A DNA stretch of 63,331 bases, filler included, from Gonapodya sp. JEL0774 (lineage: Eukaryota), in the NCBI GenBank assembly GCA_027604505.1. It is 16 parts of 16 records of this genome, joined end to end, with 100 filler letters (N's around TTAATTAATTAA, not from the genome) between each part and the next. Parts side by side here need not be neighbours in the genome. Positions count along the whole stretch, not along the records: positions 11,954 to 15,829 come from JADIIX010001118.1; positions 15,930 to 19,802 come from JADIIX010001119.1; positions 19,903 to 23,773 come from JADIIX010001120.1; positions 23,874 to 27,743 come from JADIIX010001121.1; 12 more parts are not named here. One strand, given 5' to 3'. Below the pieces are notes generated by a model that saw only the letters and a list, made by a program, of their open reading frames with translations, was not told the origin of the DNA and ran no database searches. Of the stretch, positions 12,598 to 25,593 are shown piece by piece (within the stretch, counting starts at the first letter, position 1; every line of letters begins with the position of its first letter). Both the position numbers and the translations under genes were made by a program.

Positions 12598-14817
12598 ATG
12601 CATCGTATCGATCGATCCCATGGAGTCGCGGGACGTGGATTTGGTGAACTATTGTCGCGGAGCATGAAGACCGTCAGGGACGCTTTGCGCTGTCCAAGCA
12701 TCGCAATCGCCACAGCTGCAGCGAGATTTATCGTCGTAGCGATTGCTACGTTTTCTGTCGTTGGAATGGCGCAAGAGGTGAACCAGACGAACTCTGCCTC
12801 CACGATCACGTCCGCGGGTGAGTACTTTGACAGCTGACAGGGACGGTTTTCCTCCCACCCATCGATTAAACCCACCCACCGTCGCAGTCGCTTCATCAAT
12901 TACATCTTCATCGTCTGCTGCGCGCTTTACGCCCTCGGTCGACCCGGCCCTCGTGGCTGGAATCGTTGTCGCCGGCTCGATTGTGGGGACGCTTATTCTC
13001 GGAGTCTTGGTGCAACGGGTACAGAAATGGGTAAGTTGGGTGTGTGGCTTGCTTTGATAACTGGACGGAGTGGTGTTACGGTTGTGGAGTGACAGTCACT
13101 TTGTTGATTCCACGCCAATGGCGCCCAGCGCCGGGACCTCTCTCTCCGCCCACTGCGTGCCCAAAATCCTTCACTCTATGAAAATGTCGTTGCCAGTCGA
13201 CTGGGTATCACCGATAACGACTTCTACATCCCACCAGGCGTGCCCGTTACATTGACGGAGATCCGCGCGGCGCAAAAGAGAACGGACCCGTTTTTACTAC
13301 AGACCTTCAAAACGGAGGTGTTTGACGGGAACGCTCCGACTCAGGATGCACATGTGGAGATTGAAGTAGACGTGAAGGAGCACTTCAGCGATGTGGATGG
13401 ACAAATGGACCAGGATCGACCTACGCAATCACAGGTTGTTTCCGAACCACCAAATGAAAACTGCACGTGGCTTTCTGTAGATACACCAAGAACGACGCAT
13501 GTGAAGCCACTACTTACATTGCAACCGCCGACTCTGCCACGACCCTCTGGCGAACCGCACACGTCCGCGCCGGATGCATCCAGCGGGCCCTTGAACCCCG
13601 ACCACACCTCGACTATCTCGCGAACTCGCTCGTCTTTGACACCTCCTGTCACCCGTCTCATCATCACGTCCCCAACAACCGACAACTTGGCTGCCGTCCT
13701 CGAGGCGGATCCTGCACCTCCAGACGACGACCACCTTCATCTCTCTCCTGTCCCTCGCTCGCCCTCACCATCTTCTTCGACCCGCCCGGTCTCCTCTCGC
13801 TCTCTCTCACCCGCGCCTTCCCGCCCTACCTCGCCACCCACCACCGCCGCGACGTGCTCCATATGCCTCGACCCTTTCGCCCCCGGTACTCGTCTTCGGG
13901 TACTTCCCTGCAAGCACCGCTTCCACCTCACATGCATAGACGAGTGGCTCGTCAACGCACGTGGGGAGTGCCCTCTGTGCCGGATGGACCTCACCCGCCG
14001 AGGCTCGTGGTACAAGAGTGTAGGGTCGAGCGACAGTGAAGAGGACGACGTCATGGACGACCAGAATGATCGAGGTGGTGAAAGTGTGGATGGAAGGCGT
14101 CGCGGCAGGCGCAGAAGGCGTCGGTCCCTCCGAGCGATCTTTGCCGGCGATGGGGGAGTGCGAGCTGGCCGTACCCGATCACACCAGGCGTCGAGGACCT
14201 CTTCGGCAGCCGGAAGTCGCTCACCCAGTGCCACGTCGTCCGTCTCTGCACAATCTTCTCACCCATCTCGTCCTCTGTCCTCCATCTTTGGTGGCCCCGC
14301 CACTGGGGGCATGGGTGCGGTGGTGGACGGCGTACCAGCCGCGCCTCCCTCGGACACACTCTCGGTCTCCCGAGTCCCGTTCTTCCTCGCATCCGCTGGG
14401 CTTAGACCGACGTCGTGGGCTGGTAGCACTCTCAGTGTCCCAGAGAGTGGTGTGGACGGGGTGGGTCGGGAGGGAAGCCGGAGTAGGTCGCGCTCGAGGA
14501 GTCCGTTTTGGGACAATTTGAGGCGAAGGCAAAGCGAAATCGGAAACCAACGTGATTTGCAGGAGATGGAGCAGGGTGGGCCCTCGGATCAGGGCGGTGC
14601 ACTTGGCGCGCAGAGCGCGTCCAATATTGCGGGAAGTTCAGATCGCAACACACAAGAGGAGACCATATCATCGCCCATGTCACCTTCTGGAAATGATCTA
14701 CTTCCGCGATCGGAGATATACGATTCGGAAGCATCTGGTCTTGCTCTTGCGGGTGAAGGTGGCGTGATACCGGGCGGCGGGCAGTCGAATATCCGCAACA
14801 GCGCGGGCGCTGCATGA
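12598..14817 (+). CDS. Transmembrane RING-H2 E3 ubiquitin ligase (ATL/RNF13-like architecture)
   Basis: Three exons: signal-like hydrophobic stretch; TM ALVAGIVVAGSIVGTLILGVLV; then RRDLSLRPLRAQNP joining ORF 13240-14817, which holds CSICLDPF...LPCKHRFHLTCIDEWL...CPLCR. Start codon uncertain (12598 or 12664). Confidence 0.85.
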
Positions 14818-15148
14818 CGATACTCTTCAAAGACTCGAGTCGGCAAGGGCGAGGGTACTCGTGCTTCGTACTATACAATCACGGCGTTTGATATTTTCGG
14901 TGACGCGTATTTGATATCGTGTCTTTATGTAGACGTTTAATAACATGATCTCCTAACTTTACGAGCAGTCATCCAGAAACACCATGATATGTTTTGGAAA
15001 GGTTGCTATAATGGGCTCGTCAATAGTGCCAAATAGGGGAAAACAGCCGCCCCACGAACAAGCGGCTTCAGGGTACCAGGGACCCCCAAGCTTCTCTCCA
15101 AGGATCGATAGAGCTCATGTTGAGCACATTATTACTACCAAGATTCCG

Positions 15149-15829
15149 ATGATGACATCTCGTGCTGTGTCTGAACGAGAGAGCTGGGGATGGAACGCAT
15201 GTCGCAGGTTTCATTGGAGATGGCAAACCAGACACACAACTTTGCGAGACAGTATCCCGGCGCTTTTACTCGGATTCACGGGGGTCGTGATCTCCGCCAC
15301 CATTTGCTGCGCTGAAGTTATCACTATCGAAGAAACTGGGTCCCCTGTTCTCGGTGAGCGTGCGCGGGAAGATGAATCCGCAACAGGCCCCGTCATTTCC
15401 AAAACGTGAACGCTTACTTTGCTGTTTGGAATCTGCAGCTACTCTTGGCTCTCAATCGGCGTTCACGGAGATCCCTTTTTCCAACGTTCCCTTCCCGAAC
15501 GGCAGTCCTTCTCTCATTGTCGCCGCATTCATATTCGTCGGAGTTTCGGTCGCGTCATTTGCAATCACGGCGTATCTTATTTACAAGCTCAGAAAGTGGG
15601 TGAGTACGTGATTGTGAGAAACGGGAGATGGGTAACCGTGGGTCTTCCGGTGGGAGATGTCGTTGCACAGTACCTACTATGACCTGGAGTTGGATCACCA
15701 CGAGTTCCAGAGAAATATTTTTTGCGAGGCTATTCCATCCCTGAGCAAGGATCTATCGTCCATAATTCTCACCATGCTCCGCTCCAGCGACGCAACCTCT
15801 CTCTTCAACCCCTCCGCGAGCAAAACCCC
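15149..15829 (+). CDS. Tandem paralog of the TM RING-H2 gene, 5' part, truncated
   Basis: Same exon layout: signal-like exon; TM exon ending KLRKW|GTGAGT (upstream gene: VQKW|GTAAGT); intron 15600-15787; exon 3 RRNLSLQPLREQNP matching RRDLSLRPLRAQNP. Confidence 0.75.
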
Positions 15830-15929
15830 NNNNNNNNNNNNNNNNNNNNNNNNNNNNNNNNNNNNNNNNNNNNTTAATTAATTAANNNNNNNNNNNNNNN
15901 NNNNNNNNNNNNNNNNNNNNNNNNNNNNN

Positions 15930-16751
15930 TTGGGTGGCTCTGCCGCTGGATGCAAGAACTTGGTTCGAAGATGTTTGACTATCCGAGTGTGATACATTGG
16001 TATCCATAGGGGTCGCGGTCTGCGAGGTACGCGCGCGAAGAGTTCAGCGAGACTGGATTCATGTTCAGCGTACTTTAGGACAATCGGCAAAGAAGATTTA
16101 GGTATCATACGCGCTGGTGGTCGAGACGTTGGTCCAGTTGCTTGTCTTGAGGACTCATGCTCATATATGTGTCCGGGAATGACTCCGGTTTCGACCACTG
16201 CCACATTCGTGGGCAGCAAGCTATCTGGTGGTGGCGCAATATTAGATGAGTCCTCTTTGGGCAAAACGTAGTTGGTGTATCGCAGACTATCTCGAAGAAA
16301 TCCATCAAAGTCTAAACCTCGGACAGTATGTCAGCGATCTCAGTACTCACTCCTCCATTGCCTTTAGATCTTCGATCAATCTCCTTCGCTCCATCGCCAA
16401 TTCTTCCTCCAGAGGCGTCTTTGCCGCCCCATTGTGACCTAGTTTCGAACCAGGTTTCGGCCACCACTCGCGCAACACGTTGGCGAAGTCCCATGCCTCC
16501 TGGGTACCGAATCGTGGGTACCGGAACGCTTTTGCGATTTTTTTGAGCTCGCGCTCACTGGATTTGTAGATTCGAAAGAGGTCCTGGTCGGCGATTGTGG
16601 ATTTGGAGCGAGAAGCGGGTCCAAACCAAGTGCGATCAAGACGAAGAAGGCAAGGACTGAGGGCTGTGCGAGGATGGGCTGATCGAAGTACAACCAGCGA
16701 TATAGAGTGGAAAAGATTTGGCGGAAGCCTCGCGGCACTCAAGCTCCCCAT
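15930..16751 (-). CDS. Orphan basic protein family, copy A (3' truncated)
   Basis: MGSLSAARLPPNLFHS...IEDLKAMEE, one intron, then LRYTNYV...PIVLKYAEHESSLAEL...VKHLRTKFLHPAA. Colinear with copy B. Confidence 0.7.
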
Positions 16752-16977
16752 GATTGAGAGTGAATGAAAAAGTTCGAAATCAGCACCTGGCTGGCGGTTA
16801 GAAGAATGAATACACCACTTTTCCTGTACAGCTAGCAGTGCGAATGCAAATAGATTAAAGAAATCTGATTTATTTAATATCATGTACGTTCTGCGTTGGT
16901 TGCGGTGGGCAACACCACATGCTGTCCAATGAAACTGGGACTCGAGCCATTCGTACCCACCACCGACAGACGACGCC

Positions 16978-17913
16978 TTACCGAATGCCAGCTCCCTTTC
17001 CCGCGATTCCTTTGAGTTCCGTCTTCTTGTTTTCTACCCTCGACCGGACTAACTGCCGTCGTTCCAGTCGCCGTTCGGCTTTCGTCCCAGGTAGCACCGC
17101 AAGACCCCGTCTGAGTCCATTTCCTGCTGCAGGATGCACGTATTTGGCTCGAAGATGCTGTACCATCTTGTGGCGGTGTTTTGGCATCCACGATGGCCGT
17201 TGCGGTTCAGGCGACACCTGTGAGAGGATCTCGGCGAGGCTAGATTCATGTTCGGCGTAAGAAAGCACAATCGGGAAGTGACATCGAGGTACCACGCGCG
17301 CCTGTGGTCGGGGTGACGGTGAAGTCGCTTGTTTTGAGGACCCCAGTGTTTGCTCCGTGACAGCTGGGTCAATGACTGCTGTATCGCTTTCCTTGAGCAG
17401 CGATGCGGGTATATTCTCTCGCGGTCGAATATAGTTAGCATATCGCAGACTGTTTTCGGAGTACCACTGTCATGAAAATCTTGATGTATCTGGATAATTC
17501 GAGATCACTCACTCTTCCATGGCTTTCAAATCTTCGATCAACCGCCCTCGTTCCATCGCCAATTGATTATCTTCTGCCGTCCTCTTCGCCCCAATGGGAC
17601 CTTCCGCGTCTACTTTGGGCCAACACTCCCGCAACACGTTTGCAAAGTCCCACACTTGCTGGTCATCGGAAGCTGGGTATCCAAATAATTTGGCAGCTTT
17701 CTTGAGTTCGCGTTCACTGGATTTGTAAATTAGAAAGAGGTCGTGGTCGGCGATTGTGGTTTTGGATCGGGAAGCTGGTCCGCTCAAAAGAAGGGGAAGA
17801 CGAAGATTGCGAGGGCTAAGAGCAAAGCGAGGATGCACTGCTCGTAGTAATAATAGCGATTTCGAGTGGAGAAGATTTGGCGGAAGCATCGCGGAATTCA
17901 TGAGGCTTCCCAT
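16978..17913 (-). CDS. Orphan basic protein family, copy B
   Basis: MGSLMNSAMLPPNLLHS...IEDLKAMEE, same intron, then LRYANYI...PIVLSYAEHESSLAEI...VQHLRAKYVHPAA...GAGIR*. Confidence 0.7.
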
Positions 17914-18155
17914 TCGTGATTGGTGACTGGGTGCTGCATCATGATCCACACAGCACAAGGGTGGCATATTATGTACACACATCAATTGCATTGGTCACAG
18001 CGCCAAGGCAAATAGATAAAGCAAGATGTGAGATGTTCATGTGTGTATTGGAAGCGTGTTTACGCTTGTTCTGCATACATCTCGAGCTTGCCTGCCAATC
18101 AAAACGAGGACCCGAGGCAGGTATCCCCACCACCGTACGACATAGAGTTCACTAA

Positions 18156-18930
18156 GCTGCAGCGCTCCTTTCAGCTACCTCTTCTTGCTTCCGCTTCTTT
18201 CTCTCCCTTGCTCCTTGATCCGCTTCCAACTATTCCACTTGCCCTTGCTCCTGTAGTCTTTCGTAGCACCGGGGCACCCCGTCTAGCCTTCAGAACATCT
18301 GCTGCCAAATGTTTGTTCTTGGTTCGAAGGTGCTCCACCAGTTGTTTGTCGTACAGGGGTACCCGTGAATGTTGGGCACACGGAACCGATCTTTACAGGG
18401 AAGGATCTCCTACCCAGCGCCACTGCGAACCAAATGTAGGTTGCCGACTAAGTAAGAGTAAGTGTTACTTGGGAATCACATCGGTTTATTTTGGGCGGGA
18501 CACCGGCCTCTGCGCGCGCGTATTGCGTTTGTGCACAGTTCATGAAAGGCCCGTCCCATTCTCTTCGTGTATCTCCACTCGCAGAATTTGTGACAGAGGT
18601 CGTGATTGTTGTATGTCCAGTGATGGTGTCATCGGGCGGACAACGCTTTGACCGGTTACCTGATGCGGGCGGGCAGTCAGGTAGTATTTGTTTACATCCT
18701 TAGAAATCAGAAATTAGTGCGTGTCGCGTTGCACTGCCCGTTCTGGACCAGCCGACTGCAATTCGTTGTCGGCCTGACCAGTAAAAGAAAGGTCCCAGTC
18801 CTTGCCAGGCGCTGCGGATAGCCACGCATATCTGTCCGCCGAATCATTGTTTCGCCCACTTTTGTTGGACATTTGCAAGGTACAAAGATCATTTGCGGCC
18901 ACAATAGTCCCGGTCGAATACAATCAGAAA
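18156..18930 (-). pseudogene. Degenerate third copy of the orphan family
   Basis: VPLYDKQLVEHLRTKNKHLAA matches the C-terminal motif of copies A and B. TIVAANDL and KDWDLS weakly match TIADQDL and EAWDFA. In-frame stops present. Confidence 0.5.
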
Positions 18931-19902
18931 TATGGCTCGCCTCGTGAAAGCTTGTGTGTGGCTGTTGAGTTTTTCTTGGCGCGCTCAATTACTCACGGCA
19001 TCGGCCGACTTCCGTCGTCTCTAGAGTAGCTGACGCACTCTCGTGGGAACAAGCTTAAGAAGAATTATCGAACTAAAATTCTCTCTGTCGGTGGACAATC
19101 ATTTCTTGCGCGATGAGGAGGATTGCCGTTGCGGTGGACCTCTGGGACCCTTTCTGATTGGTCGATCTTGCATGACATCACAGTCGGACTCTGTCGGACT
19201 TCTCGGAGCCGGACATTTGCACCGAGAACACACTGCACAGATACAAGGTTTTATTTCGACGATGGGTTTTCTGGCGAGTGGTATCACAATGCATCCATAG
19301 TGCAGGTAAGTGCACAAAATCAGCGCATATGTACAACAAAACGCACGCCCATGGGAAGATAGAAGCATGTGCAAGTACATTCATCACAAGAGTACGGAAA
19401 AGTAACAAGTAGATCGCCACACGCCTAGTACTCGATCAAGAAAGGCCTATCATAATTCGAGCTTGACCAGCGCTAGCGACATTATAGAATCAAACCCACG
19501 TGTGCTTCTTCTTCAGTGTACTGGGTTTGGGATGAACATTGTTTGCGGTTTTATCCGATCGCCCAAACCTGTGAGGGGTCCGGGCCTGGTGAACCTGTGG
19601 GGTCAAATTCACCGTACTTCTACCGCGACTCCGTGACAAGCACGGTGCTTTTGCCGAAAGCGAAGGGAGTCTCCGATATATGCAATCATTGGAGCCAACA
19701 GGCGAGACGAGGAAGAGGGTGAAACAGGTGGGTTGTCAGGGGGTCGCATCGAGCTTTTCTGAAGCAGGCGCAATCGGAAATGGCCGCGATCAGACATGGA
19801 ACNNNNNNNNNNNNNNNNNNNNNNNNNNNNNNNNNNNNNNNNNNNNTTAATTAATTAANNNNNNNNNNNNNNNNNNNNNNNNNNNNNNNNNNNNNNNNNN
19901 NN

Positions 19903-21915
19903 GTGAGGGTGCTGGATGTTTGAAGAAAGGGAGGATTGGAGAGCACGGACGGCGCACAAGGAAAGACCATTCAACTCACGCCAATCTCTTTCCCGTGGAC
20001 ACTTCGTACACGTGAGCGGCACGGTTACATCCAGTGGCTAACATCGTGCCATCGTGACTGAAACGAACGCAGCAGACGACGCTGAAAGGGGCGCACCAGA
20101 CCAGATTAGCCATGCCAGCACTCAATCCAGAATGAGTGCAGCTTGCCTGCCGTCAGCACTCAAAAGCAAACGCGCTCACGGGAGCTCTTCAGATTTCTTA
20201 CGACCAGTTCATAGCCTGCGTCCAGTCGGGTGACTCCTGCCACTCAAATGGTCAACCATCCGCCCCGGCCATAAGCCTGCCAAGCCTCCCAGTACAATTC
20301 TGCACACCCACAAACGAGTACTGAGTATTTCACACTTCACTTACCTATTGTGATCTAACCCAACCACGCTCTCCACTTCCCATTTCCTCCCTGTCCGCCC
20401 ATTCCATACCACTGTATAATCAGGCCCTTCCTTCCTCAACATGTCTCCCTCCCCAACATTTCCGCTCATACCTGAATTGGAACTCGGCAAGACGGACAGG
20501 TCACACCATCCCGTCACAGGGGCACCAGCGACGGTGGCGGGCTGTGGAATCACTGGTGCGGTTGTAGGTGGGCCTGCCTGTGCGATGGGCCGAAGGCTCG
20601 GTAGTGGCGACATGCCTCCACGTGGAGCACCACCGGGAGCTGAAGTGGAAGAGGTCATCGAGGGGAGTTGCGGGTGGTTCGGTAGACCTGGGGGGGTTGG
20701 GGTCCCTGCAGAGTTTGGTGTGGGTTTTACGTCTGGAAGACCGGATGAGGGGTTGTACGGTGGTCGCTGGCCTGGATGATGCTGCTGCGGCCCTCCGGCA
20801 ACGCCCCCCATACCGCCCATTCCCCCCATCGACCCCATTTGCCCTCCCGGAGGCCCGTACCCACTCCCTGGTGGTGCGCCAGTTGGTTGCGGTCTCGGGA
20901 ATCCAGGTCCCGCGGACGAGTCACGATAGTCCCTCTCTCTCTCCCTGTCCCGTTCTTCGGGCCTGAACCTTTTGCTGGGGTGGGTGTCACCGTTTTGGTA
21001 GCCTTCCGTACCGACGGGGGCGGGTAGCGCGGTTGACGGTTGCCCCCCTAATGATTGGGAGCCCAGAGAGCTGGAAGTCATTGCTTGAGGGTGTGGTGAG
21101 GACGTAGTAGGCGGCGGAGGGCGGTGGAGTGAGTCGGGGAAAGATCCTAAAGGGAGTGGGGTTGATTGTCGAGCGACGAAGTGCAAAATCGTTCAAACTC
21201 CTGCTCTTAAGGCAATTTAACGAAATGTGCTTTCATACACACCTCGTGCCCATCCTGCCAGCTGCGGCGGCTGACTTCCCATGTTTCCTTGCCCCGGCAC
21301 ACCTCCACCGTCTTTTCCCGGCGCAGGCCCATTCAGGGATCCAGAGCCAATACCGCCAGAGGACAGACTCGGTCCTAGAGGAGGCCCCGCGAAACTTGAG
21401 GAGGAGGGCCCCCCGGCGGTCCCAGATCCACCCGCAGACGCGGCGGCGCTGGATCCACCACCCCTCTGCATGTTATCAATTTCTCTCCTGAGTCTTGCGA
21501 TCTCTTCCTCGTAACCTGCTTTTGCGTCTCTGTACATTCTATCGAGCTCCTGAACACTCTGCTGGACCTGTGCAAGCTCCTGAATCTGCAAAGATAATTT
21601 GTCTGCAAGCTCGTCACGCTGCATTTTGGACACATGTATTTCATCCGCGAGCGTCAAAAACTCGTGTTTGATGGCCTCAAGGAGTTCGGGGAGACGGTGG
21701 GAGGTTGCTGCACCTGGGTGGGCATGTGCGATTTGGAGCGTTTGTTGGGGCGAAGGTTGAGGTGCTTGTTGAGATTGTTGAGATTGCGGGTGGTGAGATG
21801 AATGATGTTGTTGAGGAGCGTATTGTTGTTGCTGTTGGTGGGCCTGGTTGGGTTGAGGGATTGGCCCCGGGGGAGGGCCGCCTTGGGTGGAGTGAGCCGA
21901 GTGCTGACGGTACAT
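19903..21915 (-). CDS. TUP1: General transcriptional corepressor Tup1, 5' part
   Basis: Tup_N coiled coil ([13 protein letters not shown]...[13 protein letters not shown]), a Q/P/G-rich linker, [11 protein letters not shown], and first WD40 exon [31 protein letters not shown]. Runs off the contig. Confidence 0.92.
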
Positions 21916-23092
21916 GACGCGACACGTGATTACGAGCGGACGCGATTGTCAACGCTATTACTGGAAGATTGCGTGGAAGAGTGGGTTTCGACACGTTCCA
22001 GTTACACGGGGATTGGGGTTGGAGAAACATGTGAATGTAAGTAAAACAGACAACCAAACTAATGTCGGTCCACAATGACGTATGACTCATGCTAGAGTAT
22101 ACAAGTGTCAAAGCATTGAGTGTGCTCCCGTACCACCACGTCCCAGAGAATTTGTTCAGCGTCAACTTCGCTAAACTTCATTTTGTTCGCTAAAGATGCT
22201 CACCGAGATTGGTGACACAAAGCTCGCACTGTGCGCAAACTCGAAATTCAAATTGCCAGACACTTCGGACCGCCCGGCTACGCGCGACTGCGCGGTGCTA
22301 ACCGATCTTCCAAATCCACCTTTCCGGACGTGAAGCAGCCATCCCACTACCAAACACTCACCCAAAAGGTAGATTGAATTTTCTGGCTTCTCCCCTTATC
22401 GCAAATATTCGCGAGTTCTGGCCCGCTCAAAGATTTCGGCACCCTCGGCTATGAGATGCCCGTGAGGGTTGTGAAGGGGAGTTCTTGACGCCGATTACGA
22501 GCACGGCGCCAGCGTGATTTTAGATTTTTCTTCTCACTTGTTGTCTCTCGCTGTCAATTTTGCCGCGGTTTGGTACGGGTTGGAGTTCGGGTGGTCGACC
22601 CCCAGGTTTGACAACAAAATGTCCTTGGTGCAGGGCTCCCTCTCCTCACTTTGTCGCCTCCCCAGTTCACGCGTTCACCACCCTGATGACAAAATTCGTC
22701 ATGATTCACTAACGACGATTATTGACAAAATCACGTTACAACATAAATGGCCTTGCCGCTGCGTGAATTCGCTCCATCGGAAACCGTGTCCCACCTATCA
22801 GTGTGGACGAAAAAAAGCGAGCAGCGTGCCAATACGTCCATCGAAGGAATACTGTTCCGTATTCGTGGAATTCCAAATCACAGTATTGGGGGTTGCTTCG
22901 GATAATGAAACAGGCGCGACTGAACGTCGTTTGGGCTCAAACGACCGGCAACCAAACATTGTCATTGAGTCAAACAGAGATAATCAAATGTGCTCTTTTG
23001 CCACCACAGCTATCACATGGTAATGTGAAATTTTGATGGAGGAGTGCAGAGGCAGTGTCGCAGCCCAATCTTTGATCCTCCCATCGACCTCC

Positions 23093-23773
23093 TCAGAAAG
23101 ACAAGGTCGAGTTTGCGTGGGCTCCATCAGCGCCACTTGAAGGTGCAGCAACAACAACTAGTACGGGTTACAATGTGTCATAAATATTAGGAATGGCCAA
23201 AACAACCTAGGGCGAGGCGACTTTCAGTCAACGTACCGTAGACTGTGTTGGAACGTTATGCCACACAGCCGGCGCCATGTGAACGAAACACAGAAGGTCA
23301 GTGAATATGGCCGGAATATGCGGTCATGTACATGAGTGGGTTACTTCCAGGAGCCACTTACCAAAGAACCAGAACTTGAAAATGAATGCCAATAAAACAT
23401 TTCCTGTGACCACCATCACCATTACAGGCATGGCGGCGGTGCTGCTTCCAGCTCTCACGGCGAGTGGGTAAATGTTTCGAAGAGCAAACAGTGTGGAGAC
23501 CCCACATGCGGCAAGGACGAGGATCCATCGGAAGAAGCTCAATGGAATGATTGCGAGAAACTGAAAACGTTTTGCAATGATGATGAGGTGATGGTGTGGC
23601 ACTACTACGTAGATTGCGATCGAAGAGTCACTCACGGAAACCGGGATCCAGATCGACATTCCGTAGCCATATCTTGTCAGAGTCGTTCGTGTTATAAGCA
23701 AACATTCAAGATGTCCAGTGGAGCAAAAATCCACCACCACAGATAAATCATCCCAAAGAGCGTTAGATGTGCA
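23093..23773 (-). CDS. Yip1-domain Golgi membrane protein (YIPF1/Yip5-like), 3' part
   Basis: YGYGMSIWIPVS|FLAIIPLSFFRWILVLAACGVSTLFALRNIYP...LAFIFKFWFF matches the YIPF1/Yip5 C-terminal TM helices. Confidence 0.8.
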
Positions 23774-23873
23774 NNNNNNNNNNNNNNNNNNNNNNNNNNN
23801 NNNNNNNNNNNNNNNNNTTAATTAATTAANNNNNNNNNNNNNNNNNNNNNNNNNNNNNNNNNNNNNNNNNNNN

Positions 23874-25041
23874 AGGTTGCGTCAAATCTTTGTCTTCTCC
23901 TCCATGCTTCTCTAGTGTGTAGGAGGGGTGGATAACGTTGAAAAGGGCAGCCAGAATCAACATGAGGCCTGCGTCCAAAACGTAAAGCAGCCACTCTGTA
24001 GTTGCAAGTGATGACTCAAATCCACCCCAAAATTCGGCAACTCGGAACACATTGCGAATCTTGTTGTGCAAAGAGTGTTTAGTGTTTGCGGGTGAATAAG
24101 AGCGGCACGAAACTGTAGGCGAACGGGCAAGGTTGACTGGGCACTCACAAGAATTAGAACTGAACAGAAGATATTGCTCCACATGAGGTAATGCCATCGT
24201 CCTTGCACATGCTTGGCCTTTGAGTACACCAGAATTGCAAAAATGAGAAACGATAAAATTGAAACCACTTGAATGGCGAGGCCTGCGATGAGCACCCTCA
24301 GTCCAGTATCCAGAAGGCCCTTGGCGACCGCATCCGGCAACAGGAGAATTGTAGAACCGACCGATTGCACAACAAAGGCAGTGATGTCGCCGCCCACAAA
24401 TATCTGAGCGATTCTGCTGGGTTTGATCGGGGAGTAGTGATCACCCAGCAACCCAACGCTGTTACAGGGAACGCAAAAATAGTTTGGAGGCTCAAATGAG
24501 GGGAGAACAGTCGCCGCAAATCTCACATTCTTGATAGAAGTATGTACACTCCGGCAGCATAAAAGATGGGTGCCATGACCTATGATCACGACAACGGTGA
24601 AGGGCAATGATGTACGTTGTGTCAAAATAACAAGTTGCGATCAGAACAGTTTGTCAGCTCACAATTCCAAGAAATTGAACACTGTATAGCGCTGTATTGG
24701 TGGGGTCAGACCGCGCAATCTCCTTTGCCTTCAAGCGGATCGCGAAACCCAGGACCTCGGCTAATAAAAAGTATTCATGGCCATGAGGCCAGCTCACGTC
24801 AAATCGACCCCAATTGTAGTTTCCTTGTGCGGTCTTTGTTGGGCAACTCACACACACATCCCACAATGATCGTCCACATGAAGATGGTCCTGCCCTTCAC
24901 CGTCTGCACCACCTGCACCAGCCCCGATATTCCAAAGAGAATGATGAACGCGATGGCGGCGGGCGTTGAGGGCTCATAGTGGAAGAGTGTCACCTCCCCT
25001 AGTAAAATGTGCATTTTAGGCCAATAGAATACTGTGACCAT
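23874..25041 (-). CDS. RTA1: RTA1-family lipid-translocating exporter-like protein, copy 1
   Basis: LFHYEPSTPAAIAFIILF; IFVGGDITAFVVQSVG; IAGLAIQV; IRNVFRVAEFWGG...EWLLYVLDAGLM...HP. Start uncertain; stop just beyond the contig edge. Confidence 0.9.
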
Positions 25042-25593
25042 AAGCTGGCCTCCAGTCGTCAGAAAACCCTCCTGTTACGTGATTCCAAGAGGCATGATAT
25101 GGTGTTGCCAGCGCTCATGCGCAAATGTCGGGAGACATGTCCGCATCGACCACGATCGAGTGGGAGACACGAAGGAAGAGCAATCTTGACGCGGTCAAAT
25201 AATTTCGACCTACATGGTATTAAATAGTCAGACATAGAGGACCAGAGGTCGCAATAAACAAAGTGGAGAACTTCTTGATGCGAGAATATATGTGGCTACC
25301 TATAATTTAATATATTTGTGTTGTATGTGATATTGAACGGATGAACGATGAACCCCAAGTGAGTGCCCGTCACAGCACAGATCTTCTAAGTTGATACAGT
25401 GGGAAATCTCGTTCCGGTCGCATTTTCGTCAGGGTGGCGCCGGCAGCAGTCGAGGGCAAACACGGATGACAACCATTAATTTAACAAAACATTCTAAGAC
25501 AAGGCTATAGCGATGTAGATATTGCGAACAACTCCTCGCACCTCGTCCGTGGTGTATAGATCCTCTCCGTATCGTGACAGCCCGGGAATCGTC

